Notes: generated by a model from the letters alone, not told the origin. Numbered from the whole stretch's first letter, positions 1-12,111 are shown. The stretch is DNA of 62,755 nt, filler included, from Sphacelaria rigidula (GCA_964200075.2; 9 parts of 9 records of this genome joined end to end with filler, not necessarily neighbours in it), one strand, 5' to 3'. A program made the numbers and translations.

Positions 1-1
1 A

Positions 2-139
2 GCAGCAGATGTACATAAGTACAAAAGGCGAGGAGAAGTAATGTTAGTGGGCGATTTTAATGCAAGGGTAGGAAGAGCAGGCCAACCGGACGATATCATT
101 GGGCAATACGGGGAAGGTACGAAGAACGTGAATGGGGTA
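2..139 (+). mobile_element. Non-LTR retrotransposon (LINE, RTE/CR1-like) AP-endonuclease fragment
   Basis: Frame 2 reads AADVHKYKRRGEVMLVGDFNARVGRAGQPDDIIGQYGEGTKNVNGV. GDFNARVG...IGxYGxGxxNxNG is the hallmark APE motif of LINE ORF2. Cut off at the element starting at 140. Confidence 0.85.
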
Positions 140-396
140 GAGCAATGCTACGGTAGGGGTGCACTTTTTTCGCGAAATTTTGTCTGGTTCAGGGGCTCCT
201 AACGATTTTAGACGCACAAGAATACGGGTCAGGGTATCCCCATTTGCAGATTTATTCGGGATATCCCCAGCACATAGGAATAGTAATCTTGGCGTACTCT
301 CGCATTTTTTTATAAGTCGTGTTTTGGATGAGATAGGGGGCTCCTAACAATTTTAATCTCAGAAAATATTTCTGTACCCCTACCCTAGCATCACTC
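140..396. mobile_element. MITE with 24-bp imperfect TIRs inserted in the LINE fragment
   Basis: GAGCAATGCTACGGTAGGGGTGCA (140-163) vs the reverse complement of 373-396 (GAGTGATGCTAGGGTAGGGGTACA). Internal direct repeat GGGGCTCCTAAC(G/A)ATTTTA. No TSD recognised. Confidence 0.7.
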
Positions 397-620
397 GCCG
401 TTTCTTAAGTTTGTCAGAAATTTGAGGCTGATTTTTTTACTGACACGTTTCTTTCTAGTGGACCGGTACTGTACACATTATGTTCGGGCGTGTGTAGAGT
501 TGTGTTGTGTGTGGAGTGAACTGTCTGTAAATAAAATGGGGGTGGGGAGCTGAGCTGTCGTGTGGGTGATACTCCCGCATCCACACCACCACCATTGAAG
601 CCGAAAGGTAATAACTTGAT

Positions 621-785
621 ATGGCTTCATCCACACCGAAAAGCAAGATCGACCACCCAACGATGGGCAGAGAGCGCAGCGGATGGTATCATTCCGCGGT
701 TGCGGCGGCGGCGGCGGGAGCCGCACCCGCAGCAGGGAGCCTCATCGTCTCGGGTTCTTCATGCGAGGAGCTGCGGACGGCACAG
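621..785 (+). CDS. Putative exon of unknown gene (5' boundary and frame uncertain)
   Basis: GC-rich stretch open in all three + frames, ending at a good donor CAG|GTATGC at 785/786. Confidence 0.3.
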
Positions 786-1222
786 GTATGCCTTCGGGTT
801 GCGCCTGTTTTTCACGCCTCGTTGCTACATGCACGGCACGCAGTCTAGTGTGGATGTGCAGTGTTGATATTTCATGAGTTGTTGGGTTGAAAATGTCACT
901 CCTGTACGATAGTCTATAATGGGCGGCACTGGCATGTGACACGGACACCTGTCGTCCGAAGACAGTGTGTGGATTGATCTTCGTTGTAGATGTGCGGTCG
1001 TGATCTCCACACATTTAATATGTCGGTATTGAGTTCCGGCTACGGGGGTGCTAAGTTTTCGTCAAATCCCCGGTAACGCGCTCTCTTTGGCGTGGGTGAA
1101 ACTTCAATGACGACAAGAAGAAACCTCAATGAAGACAAGAAGGTAGGTATCACAGTGCATACACGTGATGATACATGGAGACTACAAGTTACGACGCGGA
1201 AGCCCACATTTTCCCACAATAA

Positions 1223-1703
1223 GACCGACTCTTATGGGAGCCGTTCAAAATTTCTGTTCAAAACTGCCTTTTTGGCCCTTCTCCGTCGTTTCACGCGTGA
1301 AAAGAGGGCTAGGCGAATGTTGACCCCTTGGAATGACTTGCTACTATATACTCATCATGGAGGCCGTTCCAGGGTAACTTTGCATTTTCCGCTCGCCGCA
1401 CTTTCATTTTTGGCCAAACACGGATTTTCAACAAAAAACGGTCAAGCGGAAAAAAATCAGGGGGGCATATTTTAATCACCTGACCGTCTTTTACTGAAAA
1501 TCAGTGTTTGGCCCCATTTGGCCGAAGACAAATGGCGGCCAGCGGGAAATCCAATTGTTTCCTAGAACGGTCTCAACGAGTACAGCAAGTCATTCCAAGG
1601 CGTCAACATCCGCCTAGCCCTCTATTCGGGCGTAAATCGATGGAGAAGGGCCCAAAAGGCAGTTTTCGACGGGAATTTTGAACGGCTCCCATTAGAGTTG
1701 GAT
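1223..1703. mobile_element. Fold-back MITE family A (PIF/Harbinger-like, TAA TSD)
   Basis: The whole element is an imperfect palindrome (CCGACTCTTATGGGAGCCGTTCAAAATT ... AATTTTGAACGGCTCCCATTAGAGTTGG). TAA at 1220-1222 and 1704-1706. Relatives at ~16860, 26680 and 27161. Confidence 0.8.
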
Positions 1704-1731
1704 TAAGCAACTGCTCGCGATGAAACAAATG

Positions 1732-1932
1732 CACGGTTAGGACAAATCATCACGACTCAAAACCACCAAATTCACGATTTCTTCGGCCTGATTGCCAAAA
1801 AAAAAGAAAAACGTTTATCGGCGGTCCAAGGGGTATCCACGCAACTTTTGCGCNNNNNNNNNNCGTCACGAGTCGACTCATCATACTAAAACCAAGTAAT
1901 TTCCAGACGAATCATTATTTGTCCGACCCTTG
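1732..1932 (+). mobile_element. hAT-like MITE family B, copy 1 (contains a small N gap)
   Basis: Termini CACGGTTAGGACAAAT / ATTTGTCCGACCCTTG. Flanks AACAAATG and AACGAATG (8-bp TSD, 1 mismatch). Homologous to the copies at 10825, 17665 and 30301. Confidence 0.85.
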
Positions 1933-3730
1933 AACGAATGTTTTTTTCAGCCATCGAAAATCCAAGATCCCTCATGTGTTGCACAGATACCTTTGGGTTT
2001 TCGCCGCATGTTTATACATGGCGACTAGTGTGTCTGTTGTGCTACAGATTCCGTGCACGTATGGGGAAGCTGTCACTCCTTCTCTCTCTCCACGTATCAT
2101 ACCATTTTCTCCAATCTTATACTCGTATGCTGAACGGCCTTTCCCGTGACTCACTCATCAGATCACTTATTATCATGTTATACATGGTGGCGCAAGTGTG
2201 CTACGACTGGGTACTCCCGCACCACGTTCCAACATGAACAAAAAGAGCTGGAAGATACGATGATGCGCGGTATACTGTTGTCTGTGCAGTTGTACACAGC
2301 CCAGCAAAACCGATGGCACGAGATAATACAGAAACCAGTGGTACAGCACTAACTGACTGCGTACTGTACTTGTACGGTCGTTGTCGCTGGATGACGTGGG
2401 GCACACAGCACGAAACTCTGCGGGCTTTGTGGCGAGACTGTCACAGTTTTGTTCCATGACAAGTCAGGATATAGCAGAATAACGCTTCCTTCGTCCAGCA
2501 GATAATTTCAAGGTAATGTTCAAAACTGAGCGCATTATGATGATATCTTGGTATGCTTTTCGTGCATATATACGACAAGGGCAATCCATGTCTCGATGCT
2601 CAAGCATGATTCGCCAGACTCACAAAACGTTTACAACCAATATCTTATGGTACGAACGTGACCGACGGGACTGTAAAATAGTTTAAAACCTATTGTGATA
2701 TCTTGTGACGTAGCTCGTTTCAACATATGCATGCATACCGTGGGTGAGGTAACGGCGTGGATCGAGACGGCTGTACAGTAACGATGGGCCCGATACCAAG
2801 ACGAAAATTCGTTTCAGTGGGACGAAAGTTGTGGGTGCTTCTGTCGTCGTCGGTGAGTGATTCGAGTGTGCTTCGTCGCTCATAGATTTCGATATCTAAA
2901 GCAACACCGTTCACTTTGGCAGTGGTACCAAACCAGATACTCGTAGACGACGATCACCCGCCTTAATATGATGGCATCACCAATATCTTTGCCATTAGCC
3001 TGTGCGCAATTGATATCGCATGCCAGATACCCATTGCCGGGATCTCTGCTATTTATGTGATGATACTCCGATCCTATGCACGTCTGGTAGCGGTACATGT
3101 AGGAAGCCGAGCTTCGCTCATGCAGCTGACAGACCGTTACACTCTGATTCTTTGATAACGCATGTCGGATATACCCGTGGATGGACCATCTGATGTACAC
3201 GTGATGATGCGGTACCACGTTCCCGCGCACACTTCGTAGCAACTCATGTAGTTGGTCGACGCCCGTTCATGCAGATAGTCAACCGTTACATTTTGACTCC
3301 TTTCAGAATAGCTTGCCCAGGGAATGTCTTTGAGCCTCTCTTGAACATAGTTTATGAAATAGCTGTGATACTAATAAATCGATTGTTGTTTGTGTTGCTG
3401 CGGGTGGATCGAGGCCAGTTTACAAGCGATGGGCTACTAATGTCCATGGTTGACACGATTTTACAAGTATCGCTACCGTAACCCTAACCCCAACCCAACG
3501 AATACCGAGAACCCTCGGGCAAGGGAGGTACATATATTCAAAGGGCGGTCTTGGTAGACCCCAAATCGGCACCTGCGGCGCCGATTTAAACGAAAGCGCG
3601 TTCTGCGCACGCGAGGAGCACGCGGGACTGTCAGCCCCACTACATTTCCGATTCTCGCTGTTCAGGCTCACATCAAGTAATATCAACCATGAACATCTGT
3701 AGCCCAACGCCGGTAAACTCCACAGATCTG

Positions 3731-5135
3731 AGATAGGGGTAGCTCAAAGTGAATTGAAATCTTTTCGTGCGAAGCGCGCTTGTGGCCGAGCGTTTGAATA
3801 CCGCCACTCGGCAAAAATCGAGGACCCACTCGAAATCAGGTGAAGAACTATCGCATGATGAGACATGTCCTGTATCACTGTGCTGCAGCACAAACACACT
3901 CATGCTCTCTCTCGTGTGCTGTAGCTGTCGCTGCGCTGTGGTTCTTAGGCCTTGGTAGAGACGGTTTGATCTCCGCTGGGACTGCCTGAGTTGCTTGATT
4001 TTGTCATTACGTTCGTCTCTATGAAAAAGAAAGTTGTCGGCGCGCAGTGCTCTCTCTCTACACACTGTTGAAACCCTCATGGTGTGTTTGCTGTTTTGTC
4101 TCGAGTCAAACGAACAAGGCGCTTCCCAAGCCCATCATTTTTATGCTGTAGTTGTCGGTGTGCTGTTGTGCGTCTAAACACTCTACGACGATCACGGTGC
4201 GATGTGCGCTGGAGAGTGCCTGAATATTTGTGCTGCTGCATGCGGTGTTTCGGTGTGCACAGAATTGGGGTGGGATCAAAGTGTTGTCCAACAAAGAAAG
4301 GTTTACACAATCGTCACGTGACGGCTGTGCAGCTGTCTGTTGCGTCTTCTCTGGTACTTCAGTTACAGTCGGGTGCTGTGATCGGGGAAGACACGCAAGG
4401 CGGGTGCGTGCAGGTTGGGGCAAACAAACTGAGCCATCACGGAGCTGCTGTATCCTCGGTGATTGGTGGTAGCAGCTGTCTGTCTCGCAGCGGCGCAATG
4501 TGTGGACCAATCAGAGCTATTTGACCACTCAATTCCCACTTCTCTCATCTAATCGAAGGAAGGTTGCCGTCTTTTGGTATACTGAGAGACTCTGGTAGAA
4601 AAATACTGCCAGTAGAAATTATTCATTGGCTCACTGTCAAGACTTTTGGACCAATCAGAGCCTCTCAATATACCATAATGCGGCAACCTTTACACGGCAT
4701 GCAGCAGTGTAACTGTTCAAGCACTCTCCAGCGCACATCGCACCGTGATCGTCGTAGAGTGTTTAGACGCACAACAGCACACCGACAACTACAGTATAAA
4801 AATGATGGGCTTGGGAAGCGCCTTGTTCGTTTGACTCGAGACGAAATAGCCAACACACCATGAGCGTTTCAACAGTGTGTAGAGAGCACTGCGCGCCAAC
4901 ATTATTCTTCATAGAGACGAACGTAATGACAAACTCAAGCAGCTCAGGCAGTCCCAGCGAAGACCAAACCGTCTTTACCAAGGCCTAAGAACCACAGGGC
5001 AGCGACAGTTTCAGCACACGAGAGAGAACATAAGCGTGTTTGTGCTGCAGCACAGTGATACAGGACATGCCCCATCATGCGATAGTTCTTCCTTCGCGCG
5101 AAAAATTTTCAATTCACTTTGAGTTACCCCTATCT
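3731..5135. mobile_element. Non-autonomous DNA transposon with ~450-520-bp terminal inverted arms
   Basis: 3731-~4250 is the reverse complement of ~4690-5135 (AGATAGGGGTAGCTCAAAGTGAATTGAAA ... TTCAATTCACTTTGAGTTACCCCTATCT). The right arm lacks a ~65-bp block. Possible TA TSD outside GGGG...CCCC ends. Confidence 0.85.
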
Positions 5136-5180
5136 GCGGGAGGTGAGCCTGGATGCTGCCGGTTTGGTCCACGGAGGAAG

Positions 5181-6664
5181 CAGCCGATCATCCATTTTGA
5201 GGATGCGGCTTTTCATTGAGGATGAAAACCCGTAGAACTAAAATCTTCAACACGTCGAATAGATTAGCTCCCTGTAGCTCGAGCTAGTTCTTTTTTAGCG
5301 TAGCTCCCTAGTGAGCTATGAGAGCTACATGAGCTACGCATGATTACCCTGGTTGAGCTCAAGGTCTGCGGGAGCTACGCCGATCATGGAGTTGTTTCTG
5401 TTCCAATGCCCATGCACGTTGAAATTATACGTACTTGACGACGGTTAAATGTGCACACATCTGTGTTCCGTTTCGTGTAGCGGTGGATTTGCTTTTTATC
5501 AACATCAACATGGCTGCATCAGGAGTCATCCACATCATAGCCACTACACACACACAACCACAGACTCACACACAACCACAGACGCACACACAATTCTCCC
5601 TCCATGGCGACCGCGGGGGGCAGCAGCTGTAGCGGCCCTCCAGTCGGAAACGAACGAGGATTTGTGTCGATTTATTTTCTTCCTATCGCGAAGAGTGAGG
5701 CAAAACACCACAACATAATGGTATGTGACGTCATCCGTTCGAACAAGAATGTTACATCATAAGCGATACCGGGTCGGCGAGCTAGTCACATGACGTGAAT
5801 GAGCTACAAGCATGTGTCCCTGGGATGAGCTACCAGGCTTATCTTATCCGCTTATGTTTTCCCCGGGTGAGCTCAAGAGCTGCGTGAACTATACACGTTT
5901 ACCTTGGGTGAGCCATCGAGCGTAGCTCATCCGCATGTGTTTCCCTGGGTGAACTATGAGAGATGCATGAGCTACACCTGTTTGCCCTGGGTAAGCAACC
6001 GTATGTGGCTCATCCGCACGTGTTTGCCCTGGATGAGCTATGAGAGCTTCATGGACTACAAATGTATGCCCTACGTGAGCTACCAACCCGTAGCTCATCA
6101 GCTCAGATTCTCCGTGGGTGAGCTATGAGAGCTGCATAAGCTAGGCATGTTTGCCCTGGGTAAGCTACCAACTCGTAGGTCATCAGCTCGTATTCGTCCT
6201 GGGTCAGCTATCGGACGTAGCTCACATGTACATGTTTGACTACAAGTGAGCTACGGCTCGCAGATGAGCTAGCTCATGAGCTGTTCGACGTGTGAAATCT
6301 TCGCATCCACACCAACTCTTCGAGACATGGTTCATTTCTTTCATCTGCTGGTAGTTATGACAGCTGCTACACACTGTACAAATTTGAATTCCGATTGCCG
6401 AAATTTTGGGGGTCCTACATGAAGAAGAAACCGTTGGGTACGTGAATAGTACCCAACATTTTTTTCACCTAGGACCCCCAAATTTCGGTAATCGGAATTC
6501 AATTTTTTACAGTGTGTAGCAGTTGTCATAGCTACCGGTAGATGAAGGAATGGAACGATATCTCGAAGAATTGGTGGAAAGAATTGGTGTGGATGCGAAT
6601 ATTTGTTTCCTCCGGGTTTTCATCCTCAGTGAAAAGCTCCACCCTCAACATGGATGATCGGTTG
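5181..6664. mobile_element. Fold-back MITE family C, interrupted by a nested hAT-like element
   Basis: CAGCCGATCATCCA ... TGGATGATCGGTTG termini. The palindromic body resumes at 6295 after the insert. Flanks GGAGGAAG / GTAGGAGG (6/8 match). Confidence 0.8.
5249..6294. mobile_element. Non-autonomous hAT-like element with GAGCTA subterminal repeats
   Basis: TIR AACACGTCGAATAG / CTGTTCGACGTGTG. Exact 8-bp TSD AAATCTTC (5241-5248, 6295-6302). Dense GAGCTA/TAGCTC motifs and CCCTGGGTGAGCTA-type repeats at 5780-6290. Confidence 0.85.
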
Positions 6665-6815
6665 GTAGGAGGACGTCGTATTGGTCGAACGAACAATCTC
6701 AACCAATGCTCCTGAAACGATACAAAATGGAGACCTGAAACGGTACGAAAACGAAGAAAGATGAGAAAAGATGGAGATACCAGATCTCAACTGCTGGTCA
6801 GTATTGTTTTTTCAG

Positions 6816-6885
6816 CTCTATATTCAAAGCGGTCTACGACAACCGGTACATCGCCCTGGCCACCAAGATCAACCTCCTGAAGACT
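6816..6885 (+). CDS. Partial exon, unknown protein (SIFKAVYDNRYIALATKINLLKT), truncated by contig end
   Basis: Polypyrimidine TTTTTTCAG acceptor at 6815 and strongly GC3-biased codons. Confidence 0.5.
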
Positions 6886-6985
6886 NNNNNNNNNNNNNNN
6901 NNNNNNNNNNNNNNNNNNNNNNNNNNNNNTTAATTAATTAANNNNNNNNNNNNNNNNNNNNNNNNNNNNNNNNNNNNNNNNNNNN
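6886..6985. other. Artificial contig spacer N44-TTAATTAATTAA-N44
   Basis: 100-bp spacer whose core has stop codons in all six frames. Confidence 0.98.

Positions 6986-7037
<52 letters not shown>
6986..7037. repeat. Poly-G tract at contig end
   Basis: ~50 G; such tracts commonly break assemblies. Confidence 0.9.
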
Positions 7038-7217
7038 CGGGGGGGCTCGAGCCAGTTCTTACACAAAAGAATCTGTCACTTGGAAGTATCGCTGCAAGCA
7101 GCAAAGTTTGTTTGAGTGCTCGTGGTATCAACACAACAAAATGCGCTCATTGAAACTACCCAACAACGGTTTCCACACGCAAAAACGGTTTCCACCTCAT
7201 GAAAGAAGCGGGCGCAC

Positions 7218-7220
<3 letters not shown>

Positions 7221-7252
<32 letters not shown>
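7221..7252. repeat. (GT)16 microsatellite
   Basis: Direct reading. Confidence 0.95.
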
Positions 7253-7254
<2 letters not shown>

Positions 7255-7544
7255 TCCTGTACCAAAATGTATGAACCCCTCTTTCTGTGCAGTCCAACAC
7301 CTCCCCCATCCTCCCATCGGAAGATCGCTCTAGAACAGCCCGTCCTCCACAGCTCTCGAGTCTCTCGTCCATACGTCGAACATTTTCAAAAACCTTGCGC
7401 TTTTAAGTATTCCCCCCGTCCCCCGCTGCTGCTGCTGCGGGTCGCGCTGCTTTTCTGCTCTGCTTTGCACACACCCATGATGTCGCACTTTGTTTCTTGT
7501 AATGTTGAAAAAACACGCACGCGCCCCACAAAAGTGGGGAATAG

Positions 7545-7705
7545 CCTTGTATGCGGCAGCTGATGCAGTACCGCAAGGGGGAGCAGGTGGCGGTGGCGCG
7601 GTCGGTGCGGGCATGGAAGCAGGAGGGGAGGGTGACATGGATATGGCGCCTGTGGACCTGGAGCAGGCCATGGGATCTTTCTCTCCAGAGTGGGCAAACG
7701 ACACG
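7545..7705 (+). CDS. CS (p23/NudC-like) domain protein, upstream exon (Gly/acidic linker)
   Basis: AG|CCTTG...ACG|GTGAGC. Reads LYAAADAVPQGGAGGGG...EWANDT and ends in phase 0, joining the exon at 9890. Confidence 0.65.
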
Positions 7706-9889
7706 GTGAGCAGCAGAACGTATGAGTACCGTAGCTCCGCAATAGCACCACCGCTATACCCCTGTGAAACCGTGATGAGGCTGGATAGCGACGAGCAATG
7801 ATGGTCCACCGTATCAAGCGCACCCTGTTCGGCGGTTAAGGCCGTCAATAGTGAAGCTTTATCAAGCAAGACGTTGTGACACGCCAGTACCACGGACCCC
7901 TTGTTGCTGGTCCCGCCGCCTTTCTAGGTGCAGCCTTATCATGGGTCCGCTACAGCACCGCTGCACAGGAAACGTCATGCCGAACGACAGAGTGAACTGT
8001 ATCATACCACCACTATCACCTCCAGCACCTCCAACATTACCCGTTATACATTTATCAATCTTCCGTGTTAATTTCGACATTTGCATTCTCTATTCAGGAG
8101 CGTTTGGTCAAACATTATGTGCCTCTTCGATTGTAAATACGGATCACTCGACCCCACCTCAGAATATTGCTCGTGGACTCCCGAACTCCCACAGCCTAAT
8201 AGTCACCATTCCGTGAAACATATGACGGAACACGTTGCCCTAGGAACTTATCGACGCATGAGCAATGTGCCCTTCTGGATGTCCTCGACCCTATCGAGAC
8301 GTTGTGCGTGTCTTATCCTCCGCGTGCGTACTTGCGGCCGAAAGATTCCCGCTCCCGCGCGCCTCCGCTAAAAAATACAAACCGCAGGAACGCGTCGACC
8401 CAAAGCAGCAGCAGATCGCGGGAAGCGTAATTCTGGCTAACCAGACGGATTTTCCTTACTCGATCGACAGCTTCCCGCCTAGAATCAACAGCGAGGTGAG
8501 TGGTCGATGGAGAATACGGTAGATACCGCCCACTGTCCCGTAATGAAGTAACGGTTCAGCCTCAATGTTCTTGCTGAGGCCTTCCTGATATGCACGAGAT
8601 CATTTGGTGACAGTGCACAGTTGAGGCCCCTCCATAGTGCAGTCCCCCAAGGTGTAAAACCCTACCACGATGTCATCAAGATCACTCGTGACAAAAGTCC
8701 GGTTCTTTCAACATGTAAGGTTTTCAGGCAATTTCACTTCTCTAGTGCAGGGCACGATCCTACAGTACAGGAATACAACATTGCCGGGCTGTTAACCCAC
8801 CGCACCCTCACTCTACACGGTCTTCCCTGTCGGGATAATGGGCGTCGAAAAGAACGCGCATCAGGGGGTGGTGTCCACCGTAGTGCACGTTGTTGGCAGA
8901 CAAGGTAAGATGTTCCCTAATATGAAGTATTGGGGGGTCCACATTGGTACATTTGTGGTGCCTTTTATGTACGACGTGCAATCTGTTTTCATCGCAGTTC
9001 GAATGGGATTTTTCGGCGTGGGGACGCCATCTTGCCCCTGTAAAGGTGTTGTGGGCCGTCTACGAGGTGTTACAGACTTCGCGGTACAGATTGCTTGTGT
9101 GCCACGCGTGACCCGTTGAGGCCCAGAATTCTCTCCCAAAAATGGGGCCCATTAGAAGGTGGGTCGTCCGTGTTCTCGTCGGGATGTCATTCATGAAGAA
9201 CATTGACGAACAAGAAGTGCCCCTAGAGTGCCCGCGCAGAGCATTCCTGCCACTATCAACCCGAGGGTTAGGGCATGTGCGTATTGTAAAAGTTCAGTTT
9301 GTGAGGACCCTGATTCCGCCCTAGTGACCAGCATTCCTTGGTCAAAATTTTTGCTTGCCTGTATGCTGATGCTACTAAATGTGTGGCTCGGCCCCACGTT
9401 CGGTTTGATGCCGAGGACATCACGTCGTATCGCACGGATGTCCCGCGAGTGCGCGTGTTCAGGTCGGCCAAGTTGGGTTTTTCGTCTCTTGTATGCCGCT
9501 CGCTCGTTGGACCATTTTTTGTTCTTGTTTGAATGCCCATGTTTGCAGCATGTTTCCGTTCCGCATCGTGTTTTGTGTTGTGTAAATACAACCGTGCAGC
9601 ATGGATCGGTTCATGGGTGAGGAGACGAGTAGGGAAGAGGTTTATCAATGACCGGTTAGCACAAGTCATGATCCATAGGTCGGTTAGGTGTATCTGGTAC
9701 AACGAGCTCGCTGCACGAGCCAGACAATTACGGTTCTTCGGGGTCATGTTTGATGTGATTATTATTTATCTTGGTGGTATACAGAGGTGGTTAAACCACC
9801 CCCTTCTTCTGTTTGTCAATGTGCGCTTTCATCATGAACGCTTGGCGTTTCGCCCAAACGTCTTTCGTGGTTGTTGTTGTGTGTATTAG

Positions 9890-10042
9890 GTGTACTACAA
9901 CGGCACAACGGAGAGGTATTGGTGGAACCAGGACGAAGATTCGGTATGCGTGTACATCCCCGTGGCTCAAGACTTCAACCTGTCGACCGTTGAATTCGTG
10001 GCCAAAACCAAGCACGTCTCCTTGAACCTCGGGGGCGAAGAG
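9890..10042 (+). CDS. CS (p23/NudC-like) domain protein, exon with N-half of domain
   Basis: TAG|GTG...GAG|GTAGGT, 153 bp. VYYNGTTERYWWNQDEDSVCVYIPVAQDFNLSTVEFVAKTKHVSLNLGGEE matches the CS-domain YxWxQxxxxVxVxIPV pattern. Absent from the ORF track. Confidence 0.85.
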
Positions 10043-10696
10043 GTAGGTAAATAAATGTGTTGTCTTCCCTCTTGTGTTTTTTGTTTCGGGCAAGACTGTG
10101 CCGCTCTTTGAAGCCTGCGACAACCGAGCAGTCCTTTTGAATCTACATATGCCACTGCTTCTGCACACGGTTGCTTCTACTACACGCTAAAAGGCCCCGA
10201 AAATGCTCGCGACCAAAGAAATTGCGAAAACAAAGTCCGGAAAAGACACCTTCCTTGGGAAAATGTCCAGTCAGTCTTTTTTCAAGTGCGTGTTCCTCGA
10301 AGCAATTCGTTGTCGACTCTATTTGGAGGCAGAACCGTTCTACGAGATCGGGAGCACATTTTTACGAGGGGTGCCTTTCCCGTCCCTCTCATCGGAGCAA
10401 AATGCGGACTGCTTTCGGATAGATTGAACTCCGTTGGGAAAGTTGTACACGAATCGACTCAATCAAGCATGCTGTACCGAGCTGTATGAAACGTACGGAT
10501 AGCACACCTATTCCACGGTCCTGCACACCGATGCCGCCGAGCCTCGGTGATGGAAGTGGTGCGTCTTTGATGCTTATTTGGGGCCGGGCCGGCTAAAGGA
10601 TTCGAATACCGGCATACATGAGTTTTCTTTTCTGAGTAGTGTCTGATTCCCGTCGTTTGAGACGTGAGTACGTGAGTAACAATCGAGAGTTGACGG

Positions 10697-10816
10697 GTGT
10701 CGACGCGGTGCGGAGCAGCTTATCAGGATCCAATCTGCGATACCATACTTATGATGCCTGGCGTGTACCGGGGAAGAAATGGGTTGATCCCCTGTGGCCG
10801 CGGGTTCGTCCCGAGG
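10697..10816 (+). repeat. Dispersed repeat family F, copy 1
   Basis: GTACCGGGGAAGAAATGGGTTGATCCC core, similar to ~52700 and to the reverse complement of ~28077 and ~56448. Confidence 0.6.
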
Positions 10817-10824
10817 AAGTGGTG

Positions 10825-11082
10825 CACGGTTCGGACGAATCATCTCCGAAACAAATGACCAAATCCACGATGTTTCAGACCTGATTGCTCAACAAAGAGA
10901 AGAACGTTTACTGGTGGCCAAAAAGGTCTCCACGCAATTTTTGCGCCATTCCTCGTGCCTGGGCTGCGCGTACCTGGGTTGCAACGCTGGAAACAAAGCC
11001 ACAGGATTGATTCGTACGGTACGAATCAATCACACTAGAATCAAGTAATTTTCAGACGAACCATTAGTTCGTCCGACCCGTG
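10825..11082 (+). mobile_element. hAT-like MITE family B, copy 2
   Basis: TIR CACGGTTCGGACGAA / TTCGTCCGACCCGTG. Perfect 8-bp TSD AAGTGGTG (10817-10824, 11083-11090). Confidence 0.92.
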
Positions 11083-11727
11083 AAGTGGTGGGTGCGGTAA
11101 AACAAGCAAATCAAATCTGCCATTAAAGCAAAGGAACTCGAGAGACTTGACAAGAAGTTAAACAGCAAGAAGTACACCCCAGAGAAGTATGTGGATTCCA
11201 AACGAGAGTATTGGAAGATCCCCAGGTACCGACGGAGAAACACAGCAAGGTTTCCGGGAAGACGGCAGATGCACTAGCGAGCACGCTACGCTGCGGGTTA
11301 CCTTTTACGCTTTGGCGACCCTCAACAGTCAACAGTCACAAAGGAAACCCTAGTGATGAGAACGCGTTGGTTGCGTTCACTTGCGTGGTAGTCCAAGTTG
11401 CCACATAAGTTGCCACATACATGTAAGCACCTTCCTTCACGACACGGCCCCACTCGTAAAAATGTTGCGCGATCTGCGTCCATGACGTCGCTTTTATACC
11501 GAAGTTGGAGCAGTACTCGGGGGTTACCGATCCTTGGGGCGCCCCTAGATGGACAACTGCGGCGGCCGGCCATTCTATCTCAAGCGAAGGAGGACATGAG
11601 CGTGACAGACGAATATTTGGGCGATCAAGGCTTTGAGCATGCACCACGGTCTCACATGCACTATGAATAACCCCCTCACCCTCTCCGTACGCCGTCCCTA
11701 GACCTCTTCTTTTCCCCGTGGTTTCCA

Positions 11728-11730
<3 letters not shown>

Positions 11731-11760
<30 letters not shown>
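11731..11760. repeat. (GT)15 microsatellite
   Basis: Direct reading. Confidence 0.95.
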
Positions 11761-11761
<1 letters not shown>

Positions 11762-11937
11762 CTCCGTGTGCGTTTGTTGCCTGTTACTGTTTTGTTTTCG
11801 CCTCCAATGTCGTTTTTCATTACTTTTTGTGTGGTTTCCTCTTCTCGCTGTTTCCTTCTCGTCCGTTGCTTTGCTTTACCCTCCTTTTGCCGTGCCGCCT
11901 TGCTTGGCTTTGCTTCGCCTTATTTGGTTTGTCGCAG

Positions 11938-12111
11938 ATATTGTCGGGGACCCCGTTCTACCGCATTGACGGGTACGAATCCCTGTACGTGGTGGACCTC
12001 GAGAACGAACCCCCGTACGTGCAGTTGGAGCTGTACAAGTATAGAGAGTACCAGAATTGGGAAGACTTCCTGATCGAGGGATCGAAGTTCACGCCACGTG
12101 GTTCGGGATGA
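11938..12111 (+). CDS. CS (p23/NudC-like) domain protein, terminal exon
   Basis: Long pyrimidine tract, then CGCAG|ATA. ILSGTPFYRIDGYESLYVVDLENEPPYVQLELYKYREYQNWEDFL...* completes the CS fold (LxLxK....W). Phase 0 matches the previous exon. Confidence 0.85.
   Translation: MLSGTPFYRIDGYESLYVVDLENEPPYVQLELYKYREYQNWEDFLIEGSKFTPRGSG

Noticed and set aside
2720-3242. Viral or family-B DNA polymerase exonuclease motif (VALDIE)
   Set aside because: A single short motif in broken frames with no other PolB motifs.
3478-3497. Telomeric repeat (TAACCC-like)
   Set aside because: Only about two degenerate units, in an internal position.
6930-6941. TTAATTAATTAA repeated every ~6.98 kb as a biological periodic motif
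   Set aside because: Synthetic six-frame-stop linker embedded in Ns.
683-7705. Splicing exon 683-785 onto the CS-domain gene (would give a neat ...GTALYA... junction)
   Set aside because: The two exons lie on different contigs separated by an artificial spacer, so the phase match may be chance.
9191-9500. Nested antisense exon with a C-terminal transmembrane helix inside the CS-gene intron
   Set aside because: No convincing splice acceptor or homology; a short ORF like this could be chance.
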